This document shows positions 18,244 to 25,331 of a stretch of DNA of 32,000 nt, piece by piece. A program made the position numbers and the translations under genes. The first letter of the stretch is position 1; each line of letters opens with the position of its first letter. The stretch is from the NCBI GenBank assembly GCA_044870765.1, contig JBIOZG010000011.1:1-32000 (forward strand). Reading direction: 5' to 3'. This DNA is from Nitrososphaeraceae archaeon. GTDB taxonomy: Archaea > Thermoproteota > Nitrososphaeria > Nitrososphaerales > Nitrososphaeraceae. The notes under the pieces were generated by a model. It made no database searches. It had not been told where the DNA came from and saw nothing but the letters and a program-made list of their open reading frames with translations.

Positions 18244-19218
18244 TTGGATAACAGTAATACAGAAGAAACAGATAGTTCCAGTTCTGCGGATTCAGATCCG
18301 CCTAGTTCAAAAGAAAACAAGTCTTTTCCTGGTCTAGTGAATGAAGGAATTGTCGCCGGTCAACGAATAGCGAAGATTTCTGTAATAACACTAGTCGGAA
18401 TAGGGATTGTAGAACTAATTATGGGTCACATTAGCGGGAGTGTAGTGGCCACTGCCGATGGAGTAGATTCCATGTCCGATGCTATGATATCTCTTATTGT
18501 ATTGATAGGTTTGACATTTGCCCGCAGACCCGCCGATAGGAAGTTCCATTTTGGATATCATAAGGTAGAAAGCTTTGCTGCACTTATCGCTGCAATGGGA
18601 ATGATTGCCATAGGAACATTCATAGTTTATCACTCTTACGAAGGACTCATCAACCCTAAAGAAATCCAACAGCCTATTGCTACGATGATTGTGCTTGGAA
18701 TTGCCGGTGCCATTTCACTGCACAGGGCTTTTCAGATGCGCCGCATAGCCAACAAATATAATTTGCTTTCTTTGAAGACAGACGCAAAGAATTCTATCAA
18801 AGATGGTTCTGCGTCTGTTTTAGGTTTCTTAAGCGTATTGATAGCAACACAATTTGGATTTCTACAAGCCGATGCTATTGGAGGGCTGGTAATTGCCGGA
18901 TTTATATTCTCTGTAGCATATGTTTCATTAAAACAGTCGTCGCTAATACTCGTTGATGCTTGGCAAAATCCAGTGAGTACACAATATATGAAAAAACTAG
19001 TCGAGCAAAAATTCAATGGTGATGTGAACGTAAGGTCTATCAAACTCCGTCAGACAGGTGCGATTTCACGGGCTGAGATCCATCTCGAAATAGATGGCAG
19101 CAAACCACTGAATGAAGTAGAAATGTTGTTACTAAATACAGAGATGACAGTGAAATCAAGTTTTCCTGGTATGGGTGCGGTTGTAGTCATTCCTCATTCC
19201 AAACTCAGAAAATTCTGA
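18244..19218 (+). CDS. Cation diffusion facilitator (CDF) family divalent-metal efflux transporter (TTG start)
   Basis: Six TM helices. TM2 has GSVVATADGVDSMSD and TM5 has KTDAKNSIKDGSAS at the CDF site-A positions. A C-terminal cytoplasmic alpha/beta domain follows (VRSIKLRQTGAISRAEIHLEIDG). Confidence 0.85.
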   Translation: MDNSNTEETDSSSSADSDPPSSKENKSFPGLVNEGIVAGQRIAKISVITLVGIGIVELIMGHISGSVVATADGVDSMSDAMISLIVLIGLTFARRPADRKFHFGYHKVESFAALIAAMGMIAIGTFIVYHSYEGLINPKEIQQPIATMIVLGIAGAISLHRAFQMRRIANKYNLLSLKTDAKNSIKDGSASVLGFLSVLIATQFGFLQADAIGGLVIAGFIFSVAYVSLKQSSLILVDAWQNPVSTQYMKKLVEQKFNGDVNVRSIKLRQTGAISRAEIHLEIDGSKPLNEVEMLLLNTEMTVKSSFPGMGAVVVIPHSKLRKF

Positions 19219-19323
19219 TTTCAGCTATTATCTTTCTTACGAATTTTCCCGATGTCTGGATTACCCCTAGCGCTCTAGTTTTATAACCTGTCTTCTCAAT
19301 TTATACCTGATTTACGTGGTAGT

Positions 19324-19503
19324 CTAATCGAAGTTGGCCTTTACAACTGTGTAAGCTAGCCCTTCTTCGTAAAGGCCTTTTGATACTGCCTTGACAATTC
19401 CTTGCTCTACATCTTTTAATCTATCTTTATCTGAAAGAATATCTTCAGGGATTTCTATCTTATCTCCATTTTAAGTGATAATTCTCTGCTTTTTACCAAT
19501 AGT
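19324..19503 (-). pseudogene. Possible gene fragment interrupted by an in-frame TAA
   Basis: The minus-strand frame reads TIGKKQRIIT*NGDKIEIPEDILSDKDRLKDVEQGIVKAVSKGLYEEGLAYTVVKANFD*. The composition is protein-like but there is no start codon, and an internal stop lies at 19471-19473. Confidence 0.3.
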
Positions 19504-19547
19504 CTAATATGTCAATTAAACTTTAACAGTAAAGCCGATCTTGAGTA

Positions 19548-19811
19548 TCACTTTATTGTGAACGTTATCTCTAGACCTTTGTTTTTTGAATACCTATACC
19601 TAAATGTGTTGTTAGACGTTATGGGAAAACTGCTCAATTGATCTTGCTTGCACATGGGACAACTATATTCTACCTCAGATATTTCTGACAATTCTTCCAG
19701 ATATTTCTTGTTAATACAAGTCACGGCCCACAGACACTGGTCACATAATAGAAATATTCTTTCGCCAATTTTATGACTCAATGTATTCATAAGAGGTTCA
19801 GTCCCAACCAT
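19548..19811 (-). CDS. Small zinc-ribbon-like hypothetical protein
   Basis: Cys pairs C-x2-C (CDQC) and C-x2-C (CPMC) are separated by ~25 aa. An AAATAATA TATA-like element lies ~21-34 nt upstream on the minus strand. Confidence 0.5.
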   Translation of the reverse strand: MVGTEPLMNTLSHKIGERIFLLCDQCLWAVTCINKKYLEELSEISEVEYSCPMCKQDQLSSFPITSNNTFRYRYSKNKGLEITFTIK

Positions 19812-20486
19812 CAGATTACGTGACTATCTTGGGTATTATTTAGCTTTCTCTTGAAATTTTTATGATTGCCCTGATACAGAATCCCAAGTCGATTTCCAGT
19901 CTTGATTTAAAAGTATTCGTTTATTTTCTACTTTTCATGGAATAAATATCCAAAAAATGGAAGGAGCATCTCATACGACGAAATTAAATATCAAGTAAAA
20001 ATCGCGCAGATTTTTCTCAATTTTGGATATAGTGTAAAAATCTTTTTACTAGATTTTACTGCTAAATTGTCAATTGAAATGAAAATGAAGTTAGTGCGAA
20101 CTCTTAATCCTCTGCTGATATTAGACCAAGAAATTCACTTGCTTGATTAAAGGTAGTTACTTGCGGGAAGTATATATCTACTATTGCTTCCGTGCAGTCG
20201 AATCGCTGAATTACTCTGTACTAGTAACCATACTTATTTCCTTATCTTGAATTCCAGAATGATCTATCTGTCTGTCTCTACGATAATGTCCTTTATCACC
20301 GAACGCTTCATTTAAGGGCCGCTAGTCTGTGTGTATCAGCATCATTTAGACTTCATGCAGCCAAGAAATTTAATTCTGCCCCCTAGACTAATCTCCTCAT
20401 TTTTCTACATTATTGCCAATAGATTCATGCATCATTCGATTGGTGTACCACAATACTATTATCATGCTGACTACTAAAAATTCAAA

Positions 20487-21398
20487 ATGAAAAGAATTTT
20501 ACATTTTTCGATACCGCTAATGTTATTGCTAGTTGGATCTATATTGAATGCAAACAATGTATTAGGCCATACTTTTTCTGGAGATGAAAGTGCATCTTTC
20601 CTGGCCGGTGTTGAAATGACAAAAATAGAATTAAAAATGGCAGCAGACCAAGCTGTCTCTAATGCTACTAATGCCAAAGAACATGCTGACCATTTAACTG
20701 AGCACATTACAGCAAACGATACAAAAGAAATTAAGGAAAGAAATTCGCGAGTGGCTGACGAACTTAATAAAACTTTGACTGATTTTGTTAATGCGATCGA
20801 ATCCAGTTCTCCAGCACAATCTGATGTTAATACCAAGGCTAGTAATATCAATGATATACTGTCTGAAGTTGTGAGCGCCAGAATAGATAAAGAACAACTG
20901 GATAATGTTACCGTTAAGGCTCTAGTTGTAAATGATTTGGTAGGGGAAGGTCTAGAGCATTACGGTAGTGCACTCGGTATGGCGGAAGAGGGTCATGATG
21001 AGAACGAAAGTAATACCGCTTCCTCAGAGCATACAGAAAACCAGAATAATGAAACAGCGAGCATTGTCGATGTGGCTGACTATCAAAGTGCGCAAGCAGC
21101 TGTCTCTCGAGCAATAGAACTATACAATGAAATTAAACCCGCGGGTGACTCGAACTCCAGTCAGTTGGCAGACTCTTTGAATACACTAAAAAGCAAGATA
21201 GATAGCAAGAGTGCCTTTGATGAAATTGACAAAGTAGTGGATGATAAAATTTCGCCTTTACTTAGTGACATGTTCAAGTTAAAGTTGGCAGAGGAAGAAG
21301 AGCATTCTGAAGGTGATGATCATGGTCAAGAAGATGATCATGGGGAAGAAGGACATGGTTCGTCCCAAAATGAAACTCACGACGCAAATACTGATTAA
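20487..21398 (+). CDS. Secreted helical protein with His/Asp/Glu-rich C-terminal tail (paralogue A)
   Basis: Signal peptide MKRILHFSIPLMLLLVGSILNANNVLG|HTF. Helical heptad-like sequence and an ADYQSAQAAVSRAIELYNE module. Tail EEEHSEGDDHGQEDDHGEEGHGSSQNETHD. Paralogous to the 22034-23122 product. Confidence 0.7.
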   Translation: MKRILHFSIPLMLLLVGSILNANNVLGHTFSGDESASFLAGVEMTKIELKMAADQAVSNATNAKEHADHLTEHITANDTKEIKERNSRVADELNKTLTDFVNAIESSSPAQSDVNTKASNINDILSEVVSARIDKEQLDNVTVKALVVNDLVGEGLEHYGSALGMAEEGHDENESNTASSEHTENQNNETASIVDVADYQSAQAAVSRAIELYNEIKPAGDSNSSQLADSLNTLKSKIDSKSAFDEIDKVVDDKISPLLSDMFKLKLAEEEEHSEGDDHGQEDDHGEEGHGSSQNETHDANTD

Positions 21399-21916
21399 TG
21401 AATGCATTCCCTCACTTCCACATTATTTTGTTGCTTGGTTTTGTTCTGATCCTAAAGGTTCCTTTGAGTACAAGTGGCTTAATTTTTGAAAATAATCCTT
21501 TTTATGGATTAAACAATGATGCAATTAGATCTATCGAATCCATAACAGATGACAATTTGATAAGGGTCAAATTGGAATATGCCCCTTCAGCAATTCAAAT
21601 TGGTTCTCCAGAATTTTTTAGAGCAACTTTATTTCATAATGAAAAAAATGAAATAGTTTTGCATGCAGACACAGATATAGCAATATCTAAAAATGGTAAG
21701 GAACTTTATAAAGCATCAAGTGAATTTTCTCAGCCCTTCGTTCACACTCCAAATGGAATAGTACTTTCATCTTACAAATTTCCAGATTCAGGACAATATA
21801 TTATTACAGCGAAAATATTAGGAATAAACTTCATGCCGGTTAATCCAAAACAAGTTGATTTTGTAGTTAATGTTACTGAATCAAATGACAAATACAACAT
21901 AGAGATAGGCAAATGA
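21398..21916 (+). CDS. Signal-anchored hypothetical protein, predicted beta-sandwich
   Basis: Its ATG overlaps the upstream TAA (TAATG). It has an N-terminal hydrophobic helix (HIILLLGFVLILKV), then alternating hydrophobic/polar strand patterns (IRVKLEYAP, FFRATLFH, IVLHADTDIAI, YIITAKILGINF, VDFVVNV). Confidence 0.65.
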   Translation: MNAFPHFHIILLLGFVLILKVPLSTSGLIFENNPFYGLNNDAIRSIESITDDNLIRVKLEYAPSAIQIGSPEFFRATLFHNEKNEIVLHADTDIAISKNGKELYKASSEFSQPFVHTPNGIVLSSYKFPDSGQYIITAKILGINFMPVNPKQVDFVVNVTESNDKYNIEIGK

Positions 21917-22033
21917 ATATGTCACGGTCAAAGACTCATGACACTGATGCAACCGTTTTTTATGGCGCTGGAGCCCTTTTCTAAAATCTATTAGTTTTAA
22001 ATTACTTGCTCATCATTATGGGAGTATAGTTAA

Positions 22034-23122
22034 ATGAAGCGAAATTTAGGTGGAACTCAAAAAAAGCTGATTCCTTTTTTAGCTATTTGCTTTGGCCTGT
22101 TTTTTTCGAATATCGTGTATAATTCTGATGATGCAAAAGTATTGGGACATCTTTTCACCAGAGACCAAACAGGAACATTCGTTTCCATTATAGACCAAGT
22201 GCAAACAGAATTAGAGCTAGTCGCAGCAAACTTGGTAAACAATAACGTCTCACTTGCTGAAAATCATGCATCAAAGGCTTCTTCACTCTTACCAAGAGTA
22301 ATTGGAGAAATAGGAGAAGACAACCCTCAACTGGTAGGCGAGCTGATGAGATCTGTGTTTGGCATGGAAAACATATCATCAACTACATACAGTAAATCGC
22401 AAAATATCAGTACACTTGTCAATAATCTAAATGAAAAACTAGATAATGCAAAAATTATTAGGATGGCACAGGTGCAACCAACTTCTAACTTTTTGGACAA
22501 AGTTACAAACCTTCTAGGAGGTTTATTTGGCGGGGACACCGGAGAACCGTCAAGCGAACATGTTCAGAATTCAAGGATAGAAGCATTAGCTTTTGCAGAG
22601 CTTATGGACGCAGTGTTGGTAAATTATGGTAAAGCGTACAATGTAGGATTTGATATGACAAATATGTCAAATATGATAATGGCGCCCAGCAACAGCAACA
22701 CTGGTTCTATAGCCATAAGCAATACTGTGAAAAGTAATAATTCTGATACAGGTAACACGAATATCAACATGAACATACATATGAACACGAATATGAACAC
22801 GAATATGGATTCGATGAATAATTCGACCAGTCCTATGCCGGAACACATGGACGAAATGGATAACGGTTACCAATTGAGTCACACTGCGGACTATCAGACT
22901 GCCCAATTACTGGCAAAAAGGGGACAAGATTTCTTTAATTCTGATCTCAGACACATGGCAAATAATAACAAAGTAATTTTTGTCAATAACTTGGAAAAAG
23001 GTCTGAAGCACCTAAACGATTCAATTGAAAACAAAGGGCCTCCTACAGAAATTATGATGATAGTGCATACTGAAATTCATCCAAACCTGTTGGAAGGCTT
23101 TAATTTGGAGTTGCGTAAATAA
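22034..23122 (+). CDS. Secreted helical protein with Met/Asn-rich insert (paralogue B)
   Basis: Signal peptide ..LIPFLAICFGLFFSNIVYNSDDAKVLG|HLF. The first helices align with paralogue A. It has the Met-rich tract DMTNMSNMIM...NMNIHMNTNMNTNMDSM...PMPEHMDEMD and an ADYQTAQLLAKRGQDFFN module. Confidence 0.7.
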   Translation: MKRNLGGTQKKLIPFLAICFGLFFSNIVYNSDDAKVLGHLFTRDQTGTFVSIIDQVQTELELVAANLVNNNVSLAENHASKASSLLPRVIGEIGEDNPQLVGELMRSVFGMENISSTTYSKSQNISTLVNNLNEKLDNAKIIRMAQVQPTSNFLDKVTNLLGGLFGGDTGEPSSEHVQNSRIEALAFAELMDAVLVNYGKAYNVGFDMTNMSNMIMAPSNSNTGSIAISNTVKSNNSDTGNTNINMNIHMNTNMNTNMDSMNNSTSPMPEHMDEMDNGYQLSHTADYQTAQLLAKRGQDFFNSDLRHMANNNKVIFVNNLEKGLKHLNDSIENKGPPTEIMMIVHTEIHPNLLEGFNLELRK

Positions 23123-23123
23123 A

Positions 23124-23429
23124 ATGAATAATATGTTTTCTGATGAGAATCTTGGTAAGGCCATCGATTTTGTAAACCCTAAGGTCAACAGCTGGGCAAA
23201 GGACTTGTTTGGAAGCTTTGAGCAATTGAATTTGACTAGACCTCAGAAGGAGCTAATTCAGATTTTGACAGCTGAAACTCTCCTGTACAATACCGTTATG
23301 TCAAATGAAGAAATCATCGCAATCTTGTCTGACATAATACGAAATATAGCAACCCGCCACGCATATGGAATGTTCCTTGACTGGGGTAAGAGAGCCTCAT
23401 TATTCAAGGCACCTGATAAAGAAAAATGA
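23124..23429 (+). CDS. Small cytoplasmic helical hypothetical protein, translationally coupled to paralogue B
   Basis: The ATG lies 1 nt after the upstream TAA. There is no signal peptide. The segment LTRPQKELIQILTAETLLYN faintly recalls AhpD/CMD-like helical domains, but no Cys/His active-site motif is present. Confidence 0.55.
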   Translation: MNNMFSDENLGKAIDFVNPKVNSWAKDLFGSFEQLNLTRPQKELIQILTAETLLYNTVMSNEEIIAILSDIIRNIATRHAYGMFLDWGKRASLFKAPDKEK

Positions 23430-23638
23430 ACAAATTATTTCCTTTGAAAACAGTGTTGTTGTTATGTAACCGCGTTTTGGGCATACAAGTTGTTTGCTGA
23501 TGTAGTAAAAACAAGCATCAAAATTGTTGCTCCAATTATGATTAATTCTTTATTCATGAGCTTTAGATGCTCAATTTTTACTTAAGGATTATAGATTCAT
23601 CATACATTTTCGGTTAGTCTTAAAAAATTTCAAATACA

Positions 23639-24085
23639 ATGGATTCAAAGATATCATCTATGGCTCTAGGACAAAAACTCTTTGAAGAAGTTGGTAAAAT
23701 AACGAGTTTCAAAGTGACAAAAGTGCATCCACTTGAAGGAGTGACAACAGAAGTCAGCTTTATGTCAGACATCAAAGGTATAGAAAGATTTCCAAGTGGC
23801 AAAAATCTTGCTTCTGGTACGATGACTAGATATCCACACGGAATAATCGATGCGGTTTGGCACGGTAATTTAACGACCCAAAATGCGCAGGAGTTTATGT
23901 GGTGGGCGCATGAGAAAAGCAAAGTTACTGAAGATGGTAAAATCAGAGGGCTAAATCTCGTGACAGGTTTTACGAACTCACAAAAATTAACTTGGATGAA
24001 CAATATAATCATCGTAGTGGAACTAGATGGTTCTGTGTACTCGGAAGAATTCACTGCAACTGCTTATGAATGGAATTCCACATGA
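23639..24085 (+). CDS. Hypothetical cytoplasmic protein (148 aa)
   Basis: Balanced, strand-rich composition (KITSFKVTKVHPLEGVTTEVSFMSDIKG..). It is preferred over the fully overlapping antisense ORF 23620-24054, which is Cys/Ser/Phe-rich and low-complexity. Confidence 0.55.
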   Translation: MDSKISSMALGQKLFEEVGKITSFKVTKVHPLEGVTTEVSFMSDIKGIERFPSGKNLASGTMTRYPHGIIDAVWHGNLTTQNAQEFMWWAHEKSKVTEDGKIRGLNLVTGFTNSQKLTWMNNIIIVVELDGSVYSEEFTATAYEWNST

Positions 24086-24275
24086 TAACTTTCAGCGAGT
24101 CCTTTATTATGCAATAAATACAATTGTAGTTTATTTATTGTTAGACCCAGTGGTTTGTGAATCATTTTTGACATAATTTTTGGATACGGAAGTGGTAATG
24201 GATATTAAAAAATGAATACGGAATAAATTTAATTTCACCACTAGAAACTGTCTTGGTTGGACAATTGCACTTCAG

Positions 24276-24409
24276 TTAACGGTTCTTTAAAGGAATATTT
24301 TGTACCTCTATTATAGCATTAATGTTTGAAATTCCTTCCATTTGAATTAGCAAAAGAGTTTATTCAAACTTTAAAAATAAAAATGTAATAGGCTTTTAAA
24401 GACCGTTAA
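24276..24409. repeat. ~134-bp AT-rich unit bounded by 17-18-bp imperfect inverted repeats
   Basis: TTAACGGTTCTTTAAAGG (24276-24293) matches the reverse complement of CTTTTAAAGACCGTTAA (24393-24409) with one indel. A nested inverted repeat TTTGAAT..ATTCAAA lies inside. Confidence 0.5.
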
Positions 24410-24426
24410 TGTATAGTTGCAGCAAT

Positions 24427-24560
24427 AAAATTAACTGTAGACTTCTGTCACAAATTAACTGTAGACTTATACATTAAAAACATTGGCGTGTAGACTTCCG
24501 CCACAAATTAATAGTAGATACACAGTAGACACACAAAACATTGACATTAAGCAGTAGTGA
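24427..24560. repeat. Iteron-like array: six GTAGAC/GTAGAT/GTAGTG motifs within degenerate ~24-52-bp direct repeats
   Basis: AAATTAACTGTAGACTT occurs twice in tandem (24427-24444 region and 24451-24468). Further copies are CACAAATTAATAGTAGATAC and CAGTAGACAC. AAAACATTGNC occurs twice. GTAGAY motifs start at 24437, 24461, 24490, 24514, 24525 and 24554. Confidence 0.6.
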
Positions 24561-24660
24561 TACAATGCATTGTCAACTTCCAATCTTATATAGCAACTAA
24601 TCTTTCGACTATACTGAATTGTTATTTTTCAGAGTTTGTGTACTCATAATGGCTTTTTAC

Positions 24661-24696
24661 ATATGACGACTTTTGCAAATATGACGACTTTTGCAG
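24661..24696 (-). repeat. Perfect 18-bp tandem duplication inside the integrase remnant
   Basis: atatgacgacttttgcaa / atatgacgacttttgcag. It encodes AKVVIFAKVVI on the minus strand. Confidence 0.9.
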
Positions 24697-25331
24697 CAAT
24701 GATGCCGCCTTTATCATTATTAATAGGAATAATGTGTCCATCTAAGGGAATCCCATGTTCAAAGTCTAATTCCTGAAGAGACCATTGTATAGATTATTGC
24801 TTTTATTCTCCTGTCAGGATATTCACAAATTTTTTGAATTTCTTCTAAGGTTGGAGCTCGGTCGTTGGCTGCCATACTTGCACGGGGCAATCCTCTTGTT
24901 ATCCTTTTCCAAGGTATCACAATATCAGACATTTCACAAAATAATTTCAGTGGCTTCACAAAATTTTTTAGCGTTGATGCTGTAATCTCTCCAGTCTCCA
25001 CGCGATTCTTCTGGAATTGCAAGAACTCTACTATTTGATTAACGACCTAGCTTGAAGGTGGTTCGTTTCTTGATTTATTAACAAAGTTATTGCAGCGTTC
25101 ACCAAGGTCTAACTTGATATCAAAATTTATGAAATCAAAAAATCTTTTGAGTCTTCTTTCGTAGTACTTTCTTGTCAGTTCATTCCTTATTGAGTATTTG
25201 AACATGTTATACGGATTTGAAAAGTCTAGCCCATCTTGATGTTGCGTTCTTAGCATGTTTCTATAAGTATATGAAAGGGGGACTAAATAAAGGGACAAGA
25301 TTGATTTGGGGCCAGTGGGATTTGAACCCAC
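24661..25331 (-). pseudogene. Tyrosine recombinase (phage/plasmid-type integrase) pseudogene, truncated after the first catalytic Arg region
   Basis: The N-terminal core-binding-like region (YYERRLKRFFDF) and the start of the catalytic domain (RAPTLEEIQKICEYPDRRIKAIIYTMVSSGIRL) lie in one frame. That frame is broken by TAG (25047-25049) and TGA (24759-24761), then by a frameshift (..TWDSLRWTH / IIPINNDKGGIIAAKVV). The remaining ~60% of a normal integrase is absent. Confidence 0.7.

Larger units (their letters stand above)
24276..25306. mobile_element. Decayed remnant of an integrative element inserted at the 3' end of tRNA-Pro
   Basis: An integrase pseudogene abuts and reads out of the tRNA 3' end, followed by iteron-like repeats and an IR-bounded unit. 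The far boundary is unknown: I could not find a second copy of the tRNA 3' segment. Confidence 0.5.

Noticed and set aside
21398-21916. Possible homology of the 172-aa protein to the P19/FtrA/FetP copper-iron periplasmic partner of FTR1 (VLHADTDIAI vs the P19 HLEADIH-like motif).
   Set aside because: The resemblance rests on about 6 residues recalled from memory. The other P19 ligand motifs could not be located, so I kept only the generic beta-sandwich call.
23461-23557. A minus-strand micro-ORF that first looked like a 31-aa signal-peptide-only gene (MNKELIIIGATI..).
   Set aside because: Recounting the A-run at 23517-23523 shifts the frame. The true reading is a junk-like ~57-aa ORF that overlaps the end of 23124-23429.
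23620-24054. A 144-aa minus-strand ORF fully overlapping 23639-24085(+).
   Set aside because: Only one of the two can be real. The minus-strand product is Cys/Ser/Phe-rich with no domain-like pattern, while the plus-strand product has balanced, strand-rich composition. The choice remains unverified.
24427-24560. A CRISPR array interpretation of the repeat cluster.
   Set aside because: The repeat cores are only 6-17 bp and the spacing is irregular (12-30 bp). There is no conserved 25-40-bp repeat and no cas genes.
19219-25306. A second att copy (duplicate of the tRNA-Pro 3' segment, plus-strand GGGATTTGAACCCAC-like) that would delimit the integrated element.
   Set aside because: I could not find one by eye. 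The only similar string (AGATTCGAAC at 30901) belongs to tRNA-Gln. The island limits therefore remain hypothetical.
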